Shown: one piece after another, positions 29,231 through 37,664 of the stretch
Layout: every line of letters begins with the position of its first letter
Position numbering within the stretch: position 1 is the first letter of the stretch
Origin: an uncultured Victivallales bacterium
Lineage (GTDB): Bacteria; Verrucomicrobiota; Kiritimatiellia; JAQICX01
NCBI GenBank assembly: GCA_964441455.1
Contig: CAYTUX010000145.1
Span: 1 to 38,496 of the forward strand
Reading direction: 5' to 3'
Length of the DNA stretch: 38,496 bases
Notes under the pieces: generated by a model
The model's database searches: none
The model's input: only the letters and a program-made list of their open reading frames with translations
What the model was told of the DNA's origin: nothing
Translations under genes and position numbers: made by a program

Positions 29231-31036
29231 ATGACATATGAAGTTTTAGCAAGAAAGTGGAGACCGCAGCGTTTTGAGGATGTGGTAGGTCAGGAGCATG
29301 TAACCAAGACATTGCAGAATGCGGTCATAAAAGATAGGATTGCACATGCTTATCTTTTTGTTGGCTCGCGTGGTATTGGCAAGACTTCTATTGCCAGAAT
29401 TTTTGCAAAGACCTTAAACTGTCAGGCAACGGAAGGTCCTAAACCTTGTTGCAAATGTGATTCATGTAAAGAAATTGCAGAAGGTAATAGTCTGGATGTT
29501 TACGAGATTGATGGAGCGTCCAACAATGGTGTTGAACAGGTTCGAGAGTTACGAGAGACAGTTGTTTATGCTCCATCAAGAGGTCCATACAAAATTTATA
29601 TTATTGATGAAGTACATATGTTAAGTTCCGGTGCTTTTAATGCCCTGCTTAAAACATTAGAAGAGCCGCCAAGACACGTAAAATTTATGTTTGCGACCAC
29701 AGAACCAGAAAAGATTCTGCCGACAATTATTTCTCGTTGTCAGCGTTTTGATCTGAGAAGGATTTCGACTCCAAAAATTGTTGAGCGATTACAGCTTATT
29801 GCCGCCGCAGATGAAATTAATGTTACACAGGATGCTTTGCTTGCCATTGCCCGAGGGGCAGAGGGGGGACTTCGTGATGCTGAATCTGCATTTGATCAGC
29901 TAATCTCATTTTGCGGAAAAGATATTAAAGAAGAAGATGTATTGGCGGTTTTTGGGTTGGTGTCAAGAGAGGCACTTGATAAGCTTGGATTTGCTGTTTT
30001 ACAGGGTGATATAAAATCAATTATATCTTTAATCAGTGGGTTAGATAATAATGGCAAGGATATGCAGCGTTTAGCAATGGAGTTAATGACATATTTCAGA
30101 GCACTTCTTATTTGTCTGAATATTGATGATCCAAGTTCAGCATTAGATCTGACAGACTCTCAACTTGACACTTTGAAATCGCATGCTTCGCATACAGATA
30201 CAAGTAAAGTTCTCAGAGTTATTACCTTTTTGGAACAGGCTATTGACAAGATGCGTTATGCATTATCACGCAGGGTGCTTCTTGAAATTGCTTTAGTTCG
30301 TTCAAGTAAAGCAGCGATTACAGTAAGTCTTGAAGAGATACTCGGTCAACTAAATGAGTTGAAAAAAAATCTTACCTCAGCTGGTATGGCTGAAATTAAA
30401 AGCTCTTCCTCTTCTGAAGAAACAAAAAAAAAAATAGCTGAGAATGAGAGGACAAAACAGGTGGAGGAAATTGAAGAGCCGGTTGAACAACCAAAATTTG
30501 GAGTTGTTCAGAGAGATGATGAATCTACCGAAGATGAAGAAGAAAATTTTGTTGAAATGTATCCATTGAAATCAGATGTAGATTCATTGGAGAGGCTTAA
30601 GAATAACTGGTCAAACATTATTTCCGATATAGGTAATGTTCGACCCTTAATGAGAGGTGCTTTGCATGATTCTATGCCGGTAGAGATAAATGATTCAACA
30701 TTGACTATTGAGGTTGACAGAGAGTTCAGGAATGATATAAATGCTTTATGTGAACCAAAACATATAAAGGCACTCGAGTATGCATTAAAAGATGAGACGG
30801 GCAATAACATTAATGTGACTTTCAAAATATCAGATGCTCCTTATAATCATAATAAGAAAATAGTTGATGAGACTATCTCTGACTTTGATAAGGTAGAGAA
30901 AAATAATGATATTGATCAGGAAGTAGTCAGTAAAAAGAAAAAACTCGAGAAAACCCCAAGGCAATGGGTGAATGAAGTTCCGGAGATCAGAAATGTTTTA
31001 GAAGTTTTTAATGGAATGATTACGGATATTAGGTAA
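29231..31036 (+). CDS. dnaX: DNA polymerase III subunit tau/gamma
   Basis: LARKWRPQ.F, GSRGIGKT, C4 zinc cluster, EIDGASN, IIDEVHML, NALLKTLEEPP, SRC, GGLRDA. Low-complexity linker then a C-terminal tau-like domain. Confidence 0.97.
   Translation: MTYEVLARKWRPQRFEDVVGQEHVTKTLQNAVIKDRIAHAYLFVGSRGIGKTSIARIFAKTLNCQATEGPKPCCKCDSCKEIAEGNSLDVYEIDGASNNGVEQVRELRETVVYAPSRGPYKIYIIDEVHMLSSGAFNALLKTLEEPPRHVKFMFATTEPEKILPTIISRCQRFDLRRISTPKIVERLQLIAAADEINVTQDALLAIARGAEGGLRDAESAFDQLISFCGKDIKEEDVLAVFGLVSREALDKLGFAVLQGDIKSIISLISGLDNNGKDMQRLAMELMTYFRALLICLNIDDPSSALDLTDSQLDTLKSHASHTDTSKVLRVITFLEQAIDKMRYALSRRVLLEIALVRSSKAAITVSLEEILGQLNELKKNLTSAGMAEIKSSSSSEETKKKIAENERTKQVEEIEEPVEQPKFGVVQRDDESTEDEEENFVEMYPLKSDVDSLERLKNNWSNIISDIGNVRPLMRGALHDSMPVEINDSTLTIEVDREFRNDINALCEPKHIKALEYALKDETGNNINVTFKISDAPYNHNKKIVDETISDFDKVEKNNDIDQEVVSKKKKLEKTPRQWVNEVPEIRNVLEVFNGMITDIR
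30424..30441 (+). other. Candidate slippage site in dnaX: A11-TAG-C-TGA
   Basis: 11 consecutive A at 30424-30434. TAG at 30435 is in the +1 frame and TGA at 30439 is in the -1 frame. The site lies just after domain III. Confidence 0.65.
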
Positions 31037-31061
31037 ATTAATAAATTCGGAAATGGCAGGT

Positions 31062-31087
31062 GTAGGGCGACACATGTATCGCCCGAA
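31062..31087 (+). repeat. GTAG-type REP element
   Basis: GTAGGGCGACACATGTATCGCCCGAA. Confidence 0.82.
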
Positions 31088-31130
31088 TAATAAGATTTAA
31101 TATAAAATATACAATAGAAAGGCAAATAAG

Positions 31131-31460
31131 ATGGCAAAAAATGTATTAAAACAGATGAGTAAAGTTAACAACATGCGTAAAGACATGAAGCAGATGCAAA
31201 AAGAACTTGCAAAAAAGACAGTTGAAGCATCTGCCGGAAATGGACTTGTAAAGGCTGTTGCAAAAGCAGATATGACTATCGAAAGTGTTACAATCGATGA
31301 AAAACTTTTGAATGTTGAAAGTGCAGAGAAACTAAATAGATTTTTAGTTATCGCAATCAATGGAGCTCTAAAGTCAGCTCAGAAAAAAGCTAGTCAGGAA
31401 ATGACAAAGATGGCAGGTGGTATTGGCGGACTTGCTGATATGCTTGGCGGAATGAAATAA
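31131..31460 (+). CDS. ybaB: YbaB/EbfC family nucleoid-associated protein
   Basis: MQKELAKKTVEASAGNGLVK...AIN.A. Conserved dnaX-ybaB-recR synteny. Confidence 0.92.
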   Translation: MAKNVLKQMSKVNNMRKDMKQMQKELAKKTVEASAGNGLVKAVAKADMTIESVTIDEKLLNVESAEKLNRFLVIAINGALKSAQKKASQEMTKMAGGIGGLADMLGGMK

Positions 31461-31472
31461 AAAATTGTTAGT

Positions 31473-32075
31473 ATGAACAAACATGCCTCATATTTAAAAT
31501 TGCAGACAGTATTTAGCAAGCTTCCAGGAGTCGGACGACGTTCGGCAGAGAGGATGGCTGTTAAGCTTCTTGCAGATGACTCAAAGCTGCTTAAGGAGCT
31601 GAAAGAAGCACTTATTGTTGTTGAAGAGCATGTTTGTTCATGCAGACTATGTGGGAGTGTCACAGTTAAATCTCAAAACCCTTGTAATATTTGTTCTTCC
31701 GATAATAGAACAAATAAAATATGTGTTGTTGAAGAGCCGTCGGATATTACCAGTATTGAAGAAACCGCCGGTTATAACGGCAAATATCATGCACTTCTCG
31801 GAAAAATATCTCCGATGCGTGGTGAAGGACCGCAGAATCTCAGAATCAGGCAATTAATTGATAGAATTCATACAGAGAGTATAGACGAAGTTATTTTAGC
31901 ATTGAGTATGGATCTTGAAGGTGAATCTACGGCTTCGTTTCTTGCAGAGCTTTTGCAGAAGCATAATGTTAAGGTAAGTAGAATTGCCTATGGAGTTCCT
32001 ACCGGTAGTGGTATTCGTTACGCAGACCCATTAACAATTGCAAGGTCAATTGAAGGAAGAAGCATAATCAATTAA
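31473..32075 (+). CDS. recR: Recombination mediator RecR
   Basis: LPGVGRRSAER, C4 zinc finger CRLC/CNIC, ICVVEE, EVILA, EGESTA, SRIAYGVP.G. Confidence 0.96.
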   Translation: MNKHASYLKLQTVFSKLPGVGRRSAERMAVKLLADDSKLLKELKEALIVVEEHVCSCRLCGSVTVKSQNPCNICSSDNRTNKICVVEEPSDITSIEETAGYNGKYHALLGKISPMRGEGPQNLRIRQLIDRIHTESIDEVILALSMDLEGESTASFLAELLQKHNVKVSRIAYGVPTGSGIRYADPLTIARSIEGRSIIN

Positions 32076-32089
32076 AAATTGATTAAATG

Positions 32090-32153
32090 AATGCGAAAGT
32101 TCGTAAATGCGGAAGTTCGAAAACTGTAGGGGGCTAGGCTTGCCTCGCCCGAA
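32090..32153 (+). repeat. Octamer tandem repeat followed by a variant GTAG REP
   Basis: AATGCGAA AGTTCGTA AATGCGGA AGTTCGAA (32090-32121), then GTAGGGGGCTAGGCTTGCCTCGCCCGAA (32126-32153). Confidence 0.7.
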
Positions 32154-32174
32154 CAATAAAAAAAGAAATAATTT

Positions 32175-32834
32175 ATGGCGATTGATATAGAAAATATTGA
32201 TATATTCTGGAAGCGGCTTGAGGAATCATGTCTTCAATGCGGGCGTGATATCAGCGAAGTCACTCCAGTTGTTGAAACAGATAAATTTGATCTGGAAGAG
32301 ATTTCTCAGTTAATTGATGGTGGTTTTGATGCTTTGCAGGAGACCAAATTATATAAAGCTGAAGCAAAAATTCTGCAGGTTAGCGGTAATATTGACTGGC
32401 ATTATATGGGCAAATTGAAAGAGAACAAGGTTGCAAAGGCGGTAAGAATTTTCTCGATGATTCATTTTGTGAATTCGATGGATCTTCTCAAAGCAATTGA
32501 TGAAGCCGCTGATGAAGCAGGGACAAATCCAATGATTGCATTAGAGGCTAATGTTGTAGGAACCGGTGGTAGTGGTTTTGATGCATCTGAACTGCATGAA
32601 GCAGCTGATTTTGCTGCCGGCAGTTTTAATGTTACATTTGCTGCGATTAGCGGTAAGCCACCTTTGTATATGAACTCTGAGACATCCATGAAGTTTTATC
32701 ATAAATTGGCACTTTTTAAAAGTCAGGTTGAAGATTCAGCCGGATTGGCATTGGGGCTTTCGATGGGCAGAACTGATAGAGATTTAGATGCAGCGGTTGC
32801 GACCGGGTGTAACTGGATTAGAGGAATCATTTAA
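32175..32834 (+). CDS. Divergent YggS/PROSC (alanine racemase N-terminal barrel) family protein
   Basis: WHYMGKLKENK (cf. WHFIG.LQ.NK), MIHFVNS, LEAN, LSMG, AVATGCNWIR align with YggS. The AVSK and GENY motifs are degenerate. Confidence 0.8.
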   Translation: MAIDIENIDIFWKRLEESCLQCGRDISEVTPVVETDKFDLEEISQLIDGGFDALQETKLYKAEAKILQVSGNIDWHYMGKLKENKVAKAVRIFSMIHFVNSMDLLKAIDEAADEAGTNPMIALEANVVGTGGSGFDASELHEAADFAAGSFNVTFAAISGKPPLYMNSETSMKFYHKLALFKSQVEDSAGLALGLSMGRTDRDLDAAVATGCNWIRGII

Positions 32835-32845
32835 ATTTGAAAATT

Positions 32846-32876
32846 GCAGGAAGGGACGAAAGATTTTTCGCCCGAA
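32846..32876 (+). repeat. Degenerate REP element
   Basis: GCAGGAAGGGACGAAAGATTTTTCGCCCGAA shares the GGG.CGAAA...TTTCGCCCGAA stem with the other REPs. Confidence 0.6.
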
Positions 32877-32884
32877 TATTGATT

Positions 32885-33703
32885 ATGAAAAAGACATTTT
32901 GTGTAATAAGTGATGACAGGGCATATAAGTCCAAATCGCCATTGATGATGAATAATGTTTTTAAAGAGACCGGAATAGATGGATATTATATTCCTGCAAA
33001 GGTTGAAAAGAGTGCTGTTTATGATGCTGTTAAAGGGTTGGTTTCTTTGGGTTTTAGAGGTGCAAATGTTACGGTTCCTTATAAAAATGATGTGATTGCT
33101 GCATTAGATTGGATTTCTGATGATGCAGAAAGTGTAAGTGCTGTTAATACAATTTTGAATAAAGATGGTCGATTAGAGGGATACAATACCGATATTGGTG
33201 GTTTCTTGGATACTTTAAAAGAGCTATCATTTTCAACATCAGGCAGAAAAGTTTTAATGTTTGGTACAGGTGGAGCATCCAGTGGATTGATTGCTGCTTT
33301 TCATAAGGGTGGATTTTCAAAGATAGTGGTTGCCGGAAGAAGTCAAAGTAAATTGCGGAAGCTTGAGGAGCGCGATGTTGAAACAGTACTGATTAAAGAT
33401 CTGGCAGGGAAAGAGCAGTCATATGATTTGGTTGTCAATGCAACTGCTGTAAGTACAAAGGAAGAATCAGAAGAATTCTGCAGTATTGCTGAACAGCTTA
33501 ATGTTGTTGACTGTTCTCTGGTTGTTGACATCAATTATGGACGTAAAAACAGTTTTTGGGAAAGTCTTGCAGACAGAATCGGGGCTGATTATGAAGATGG
33601 GTTGCTTATGCTTGCGGCACAGGCTAGATTGAGTTATGAGATATGGCTCAATATAAAACCGGATTTAGAGTTTTTTCTTAAGCCGCTGAGGGAAATGATT
33701 TAA
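32885..33703 (+). CDS. aroE: Shikimate dehydrogenase
   Basis: SKSP, GANVTVPYK, AVNTI, GYNTD, GTGGA, VNAT, DGLLML..QA. Start placed at ATG 32885 because the track start at 32837 would read through a REP. Confidence 0.93.
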   Translation: MKKTFCVISDDRAYKSKSPLMMNNVFKETGIDGYYIPAKVEKSAVYDAVKGLVSLGFRGANVTVPYKNDVIAALDWISDDAESVSAVNTILNKDGRLEGYNTDIGGFLDTLKELSFSTSGRKVLMFGTGGASSGLIAAFHKGGFSKIVVAGRSQSKLRKLEERDVETVLIKDLAGKEQSYDLVVNATAVSTKEESEEFCSIAEQLNVVDCSLVVDINYGRKNSFWESLADRIGADYEDGLLMLAAQARLSYEIWLNIKPDLEFFLKPLREMI

Positions 33704-33714
33704 ATGTGCAAATT

Positions 33715-33739
33715 GTAGGGGCGAAACATGTGTCGCCCG
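33715..33739 (+). repeat. GTAG-type REP element (target of the MITE)
   Basis: GTAGGGGCGAAACATGTGTCGCCCG. Confidence 0.82.
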
Positions 33740-33740
33740 G

Positions 33741-34061
33741 GGGTCTGTCAAAAGTTTTATAAAAAATCTGAAAACAAAAAGTTTTCTAATGCGGACGCCG
33801 AGGACATATTAGCTCCTCCACTGTTTAGGGGAGGTGGACAAGCTTGCGAGGACGGAGGGGTTTCTCCTCCCAAGTAAACCTTGCATATCAGTGTTAAATT
33901 GCAAGTTTACCCCGGGAGGGTCATCGTCCCCGATGACTAAAATAAAACAAAAAACATAGGGATAAGACAGCTAGCTTTGCTAGTCCCGCAAGGCGGGATC
34001 TGTATCTCCTTGATTTATAAAGGATTGGATGCAGGACAGCCTGCAAACTTTTGACAGAACT
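33741..34061. mobile_element. Non-autonomous MITE-like element (~320 bp), IS256-like ends
   Basis: Terminal inverted repeats GGGTCTGTCAAAAGTTT / AAACTTTTGACAGAACT, with a perfect 14-bp core at 33744-33757 and 34045-34058. TCGCCCG is duplicated on both flanks (33733-33739, 34062-34068). No ORF. Confidence 0.72.
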
Positions 34062-34083
34062 TCGCCCGAACTAAGGAATTTTT

Positions 34084-35637
34084 ATGAAAATGGAAAATAT
34101 ATATATTGTTGGCTTTATGGCTTCAGGAAAATCAACTGTGGGAAGAGCAATTGCCAAAATGACAAACAGGACTTTTGTTGATCTTGATCATATGATTGAA
34201 AAAGAGACAAATATGAAGATTCCTGATATCTTTTCTGAATTTGGGGAAAAGCATTTTAGAGATATTGAAAATAAAGTTTTACGTGATTGTGCTTCATCTG
34301 ACAATTTGATTATTGCTACCGGTGGAGGAATTGTTGAGAATCCTCAAAACATGGCTTTTATGAAGAGCAATGGAACTGTTGTATATCTTAAAGCCTCACT
34401 GGAAATTCTTTCTGCACGTTTATCTCCAATGGGAAAATCAAAGCGACCATTATGGCAGGATAAGGAGAGTCTGGAAGCTCGTTATAACTCCAGGGTTCCG
34501 GAATACGAGAAAGCTGATATTATTGAAGAGGTTGCTTTTAAAAAGTCGCACGTATATGCAGGCAGAGTATTTCAGAAATTGTTTCCTGATCAGAGTTTTA
34601 CTGTTTTGCAGGGTGGTGTTGACGTTCCTGTATCAGCAGTCTATGATGTTCATACAAAAATTTCAGAGGAAATCGGCAACAGAAAAGCATTTGTGCTGAT
34701 TGACGAAAAAGTATATCAACATCATATCGGACATTTGCCTGGCAATGAAGATAACTGCATTGTTATGCAGGTTGAAGGTGGAGAAGCTATCAAGACATTG
34801 AATTTTGCGGAAAAAGTATATTCTGAATTAATAGAGAATCATTTTAACAGAGATGATTATTTGATTGCAATTGGTGGAGGTACTGTTACTGATTTAGGAG
34901 CAATGGTTGCTGCTACTTTTAAAAGAGGTATGAAATTTATTCTGGTGAGTACTACACTGTTGGGAAGTGTAGACGCAGCTGTTGGGGGTAAATCTGCTGT
35001 TAATCTTGGTGATACCAAAAATATAATCGGCTGTTTTACAATACCTGACAGTGTATTATTAGATTATCGTTCATTTGTGACTCTTGGAGAGCAGGAAATA
35101 TCAGATGGATTGATTGAGGCATATAAAACAGGGCTGATTAAAGATTCTGATTTTGCAGATTATATTGCAAAACATTATCAATCATGTTTTGCAAAAGATA
35201 CGATTGTGCTTAAATATATTGCAACAAGAAGTGCAGAGCTTAAAGGTGAGGTTGTTTCAGTTGATTTTAAAGAGTCAGGTTTACGGGCAATATTGAATTT
35301 CGGACATACTTATGGACATGCTGTTGAAGGATGGCATAAGTACAAAGTCAGTCATGGTGCAGCAGTTGCATTGGGTATGGCTGTTGCAGTAAAGATCAGT
35401 GTTAATAGAGGATTAATATCCGGAGATATTGAAGAAAAACTGATTTCCACTATAAAGCAGATGTCATTGGTGTGGCCGACTCATCCTCCGTTTGAAGATG
35501 CACTCAGGATTATGAAGAATGACAAAAAGATTAGAGACGACAAGTTAGTTTTTGTTTTATTAGAAGGTTTAGGCAAGCCTGTTATTATTGATGATTTGTC
35601 AATGGAAGAGTTAAAATCTGCAATACAAGGAGTATAA
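34084..35637 (+). CDS. aroKB: Bifunctional shikimate kinase / 3-dehydroquinate synthase
   Basis: N-terminal GFMASGKSTVG, DLD, GE..FR..E, ATGGG, RPL. C-terminal GGE..K, GGG...D, TTLL..VDAAVGGK, LNFGHTYGHAVE, HG.AVA.G, DKK. Confidence 0.93.
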   Translation: MKMENIYIVGFMASGKSTVGRAIAKMTNRTFVDLDHMIEKETNMKIPDIFSEFGEKHFRDIENKVLRDCASSDNLIIATGGGIVENPQNMAFMKSNGTVVYLKASLEILSARLSPMGKSKRPLWQDKESLEARYNSRVPEYEKADIIEEVAFKKSHVYAGRVFQKLFPDQSFTVLQGGVDVPVSAVYDVHTKISEEIGNRKAFVLIDEKVYQHHIGHLPGNEDNCIVMQVEGGEAIKTLNFAEKVYSELIENHFNRDDYLIAIGGGTVTDLGAMVAATFKRGMKFILVSTTLLGSVDAAVGGKSAVNLGDTKNIIGCFTIPDSVLLDYRSFVTLGEQEISDGLIEAYKTGLIKDSDFADYIAKHYQSCFAKDTIVLKYIATRSAELKGEVVSVDFKESGLRAILNFGHTYGHAVEGWHKYKVSHGAAVALGMAVAVKISVNRGLISGDIEEKLISTIKQMSLVWPTHPPFEDALRIMKNDKKIRDDKLVFVLLEGLGKPVIIDDLSMEELKSAIQGV

Positions 35638-35639
35638 TT

Positions 35640-36692
35640 ATGAGCAGTTCATTTGGAAAAAACTTTGTAGTTACAACGTTTGGAGAATCCCATGGAAATG
35701 GTGTAGGAGTTATTGCAGATGGAGTACCTGCCGGAATAAAACTGAGTGAAGAAGATGTTCAGGTTGAATTGGATAAACGTCGTCCCGGAACCAGTGAATT
35801 CGTTTCTCCAAGAAATGAACCGGATAAAGTGGAAATATTATCAGGGACGTTTCAGGGTGAAACAATTGGAAGTCCTGTGGCAATGATTGTTCGAAATACT
35901 AATGCACGTTCAGGTGATTATGACAACATAAGAGACTACTTCAGACCCGGACATTCTGATTTTACATATTTCAAAAGATACGGAACCAAACCTCTTCCCG
36001 GAGGAGGTCGCTCATCTGCAAGAGAAACAATTGGTCGTGTTGCCGGAGGTGTTGTTGCCAGATTGATACTTGGAGAAAATGTTCAGTTTAACTCATGTTC
36101 CACAAGAATTGGTCAGGTTGAAGGTAAACGTATTGACTGGGAATTTGCTAAAGGGCATCCATTAAGATTTGGTGATCCTGATTTGGCTGATAAGGCAATT
36201 GAAGAAGTAAAGGCTGCAACGCAGAGACATGATAGTGTCGGTGGAAAACTCTCCATTAATATTAAAGGCGTACCTGCCGGACTTGGAGATCCTGCTTTCA
36301 GAAAACTTGATGCTCTGCTTGCAATGGGTGTTATGTCTGTTGGCGCTGTTAAAGGAATTGAAATTGGTGCAGGATTTGATGTATGTTCATCTTACGGCAG
36401 CGTGAACAACGATCCTATAACAGAAGACGGATTTTTATCAAATAATGCAGGTGGAATGCTTGGTGGAATTTCCACCGGTCAGGATATTAATTTCAATGTT
36501 GCCCTAAAACCAACATCTTCTATTATGTCAGAGCAGAATACCATATCAGCAGTAGACGGCAAAAACAAGGCGATTAAGGTTATAGGCAGACATGATCCTT
36601 GTCTTTGTCCTAGAGCATGTATTGTTATTGAAGCAATGGCTGCTATGGTTCTGGCTGACCTTTTACTTGAGGGAACAAATAATAACGGTTAG
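35640..36692 (+). CDS. aroC: Chorismate synthase
   Basis: TFGESHG, RRPG, RPGHSD, GGGRSSARET, SNNAGGMLGGIS, KPTSSI, GRHDPC. Confidence 0.97.
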   Translation: MSSSFGKNFVVTTFGESHGNGVGVIADGVPAGIKLSEEDVQVELDKRRPGTSEFVSPRNEPDKVEILSGTFQGETIGSPVAMIVRNTNARSGDYDNIRDYFRPGHSDFTYFKRYGTKPLPGGGRSSARETIGRVAGGVVARLILGENVQFNSCSTRIGQVEGKRIDWEFAKGHPLRFGDPDLADKAIEEVKAATQRHDSVGGKLSINIKGVPAGLGDPAFRKLDALLAMGVMSVGAVKGIEIGAGFDVCSSYGSVNNDPITEDGFLSNNAGGMLGGISTGQDINFNVALKPTSSIMSEQNTISAVDGKNKAIKVIGRHDPCLCPRACIVIEAMAAMVLADLLLEGTNNNG

Positions 36693-36948
36693 TTGTTATT
36701 ACAGCTTCTAACAGCTCGCCTCACTCTTCGCCGTTCAGATCAACGCCTGATAAGGCGGAGGTCTAAAAAAAATAATCAGTTGGTAAATAAAAAAACAGTA
36801 AATTCCTTGAAATATATTTGTTGTTTTACATTTCTTAGCTAATCTTTGTCTTATTGAGCGAAGCTCATTGTTTTATGCTTGCTGAGTAAAGATTAGCCAT
36901 CAGCTCATACCGAGTGTGGCTCTATAGCGGAGATAAGATATGTAGTAT

Positions 36949-37033
36949 ACCATGAAGTTTAGAAGAACCATGAAGAATATGGGATGTTTAAAATTGGCGT
37001 AGCCGCCTTCAATAACTTCAAGCCCTTCATGGT
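36949..37033. repeat. Inverted repeat built of 9-mer units (ACCATGAAG... / ...CTTCATGGT)
   Basis: Left arm CATGAAGTT TAGAAGAAC CATGAAGAA; right arm CTTCAATAA CTTCAAGCC CTTCATGGT. Confidence 0.65.
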
Positions 37034-37086
37034 GAAAATTGCTAGAGCGAAGCTCTTATTTGAGAATCTTTACGTTCCTTATATGG

Positions 37087-37200
37087 CTATATGTTACCGA
37101 CCAATTTAAAACCGACTAAAATTATCAAGTTTAACATGTACGGGCAAAGGCGGATTTCCATCCAGCTACTTTGCAAGTAGCTGGATCGTATTTTTTGCTA
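37087..37200. repeat. Imperfect direct repeat, copy 1 (left of wHTH-NTase module)
   Basis: Blocks TGTTACCGAC, TAAAAC, TGTACGG..AAAGGCGGATTTCCA and ATCGTATTTTT recur at 38259-38356. Confidence 0.8.
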
Positions 37201-37249
37201 ACAAGAGGGGGATAAATTAAGGTTTTTTGTTTATTCCTGCAAAATATTA

Positions 37250-37319
37250 TTGAATCGTATGTTATATTTGATATTATGTAAGTGTTTATCTGACATGTGT
37301 CAGATTATTTCTTACATAT
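37250..37319 (+). promoter_or_regulatory. Putative promoter plus palindromic operator of the wHTH gene
   Basis: TTGAAT, 16-nt spacer, (TG)ATATTAT. Inverted repeat ATCTGACA-TG-TGTCAGAT (37288-37305) nested within ATGTAAG/CTTACAT arms. Confidence 0.55.
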
Positions 37320-37334
37320 TAATGGAGAATTATA

Positions 37335-37664
37335 ATGATTGAATCAATAGTAGGGTCAAAAAATGCTGAAAGAGTATTGTTGTATATATTTGCTAGAGAA
37401 CAAGGCTATACAAGAGAGATTGCCAGATTTTGGGATGCTGATGCCGACTCTATACATAAACAATTGGTTAGGCTTGAGCGAGATGGTGTACTATTCAGTA
37501 AATCTCTAGGAAAAACTGTTGTTTATAGCTTTAATCCTCGTTATGCATTTTTAAAGGAGTTAAAAGCACTTTTGAATAAAGCATTATCTTTTTATCCCAA
37601 AGATGAACAGGATAGTCTTCTCATTGTCAGACGTCGTCCAAGAAGAAAGGATAAACCTTTATGA
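37335..37664 (+). CDS. Winged-HTH (ArsR-like) transcriptional regulator / putative antitoxin
   Basis: 109 aa. ERVLLYI...GYTREIAR......SIHKQLVRLERDGVL.S...GKTVVYSFNP is a wHTH pattern. RBS GGAG upstream. Confidence 0.8.
   Translation: MIESIVGSKNAERVLLYIFAREQGYTREIARFWDADADSIHKQLVRLERDGVLFSKSLGKTVVYSFNPRYAFLKELKALLNKALSFYPKDEQDSLLIVRRRPRRKDKPL

Noticed and set aside
32837-32884. N-terminal extension of AroE in the ORF track
   Set aside because: The TTG start reads through a degenerate REP; ATG 32885 fits the family start.
282-34699. Numerous 60-190-aa antisense or out-of-frame ORFs within the long genes
   Set aside because: They are fully nested in well-supported genes, have no motifs, and are typical shadow ORFs.
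36700-36970. attC site starting at TTCTAAC (36705-36711)
   Set aside because: No complementary GTTAGAA within a normal attC distance and no L boxes.
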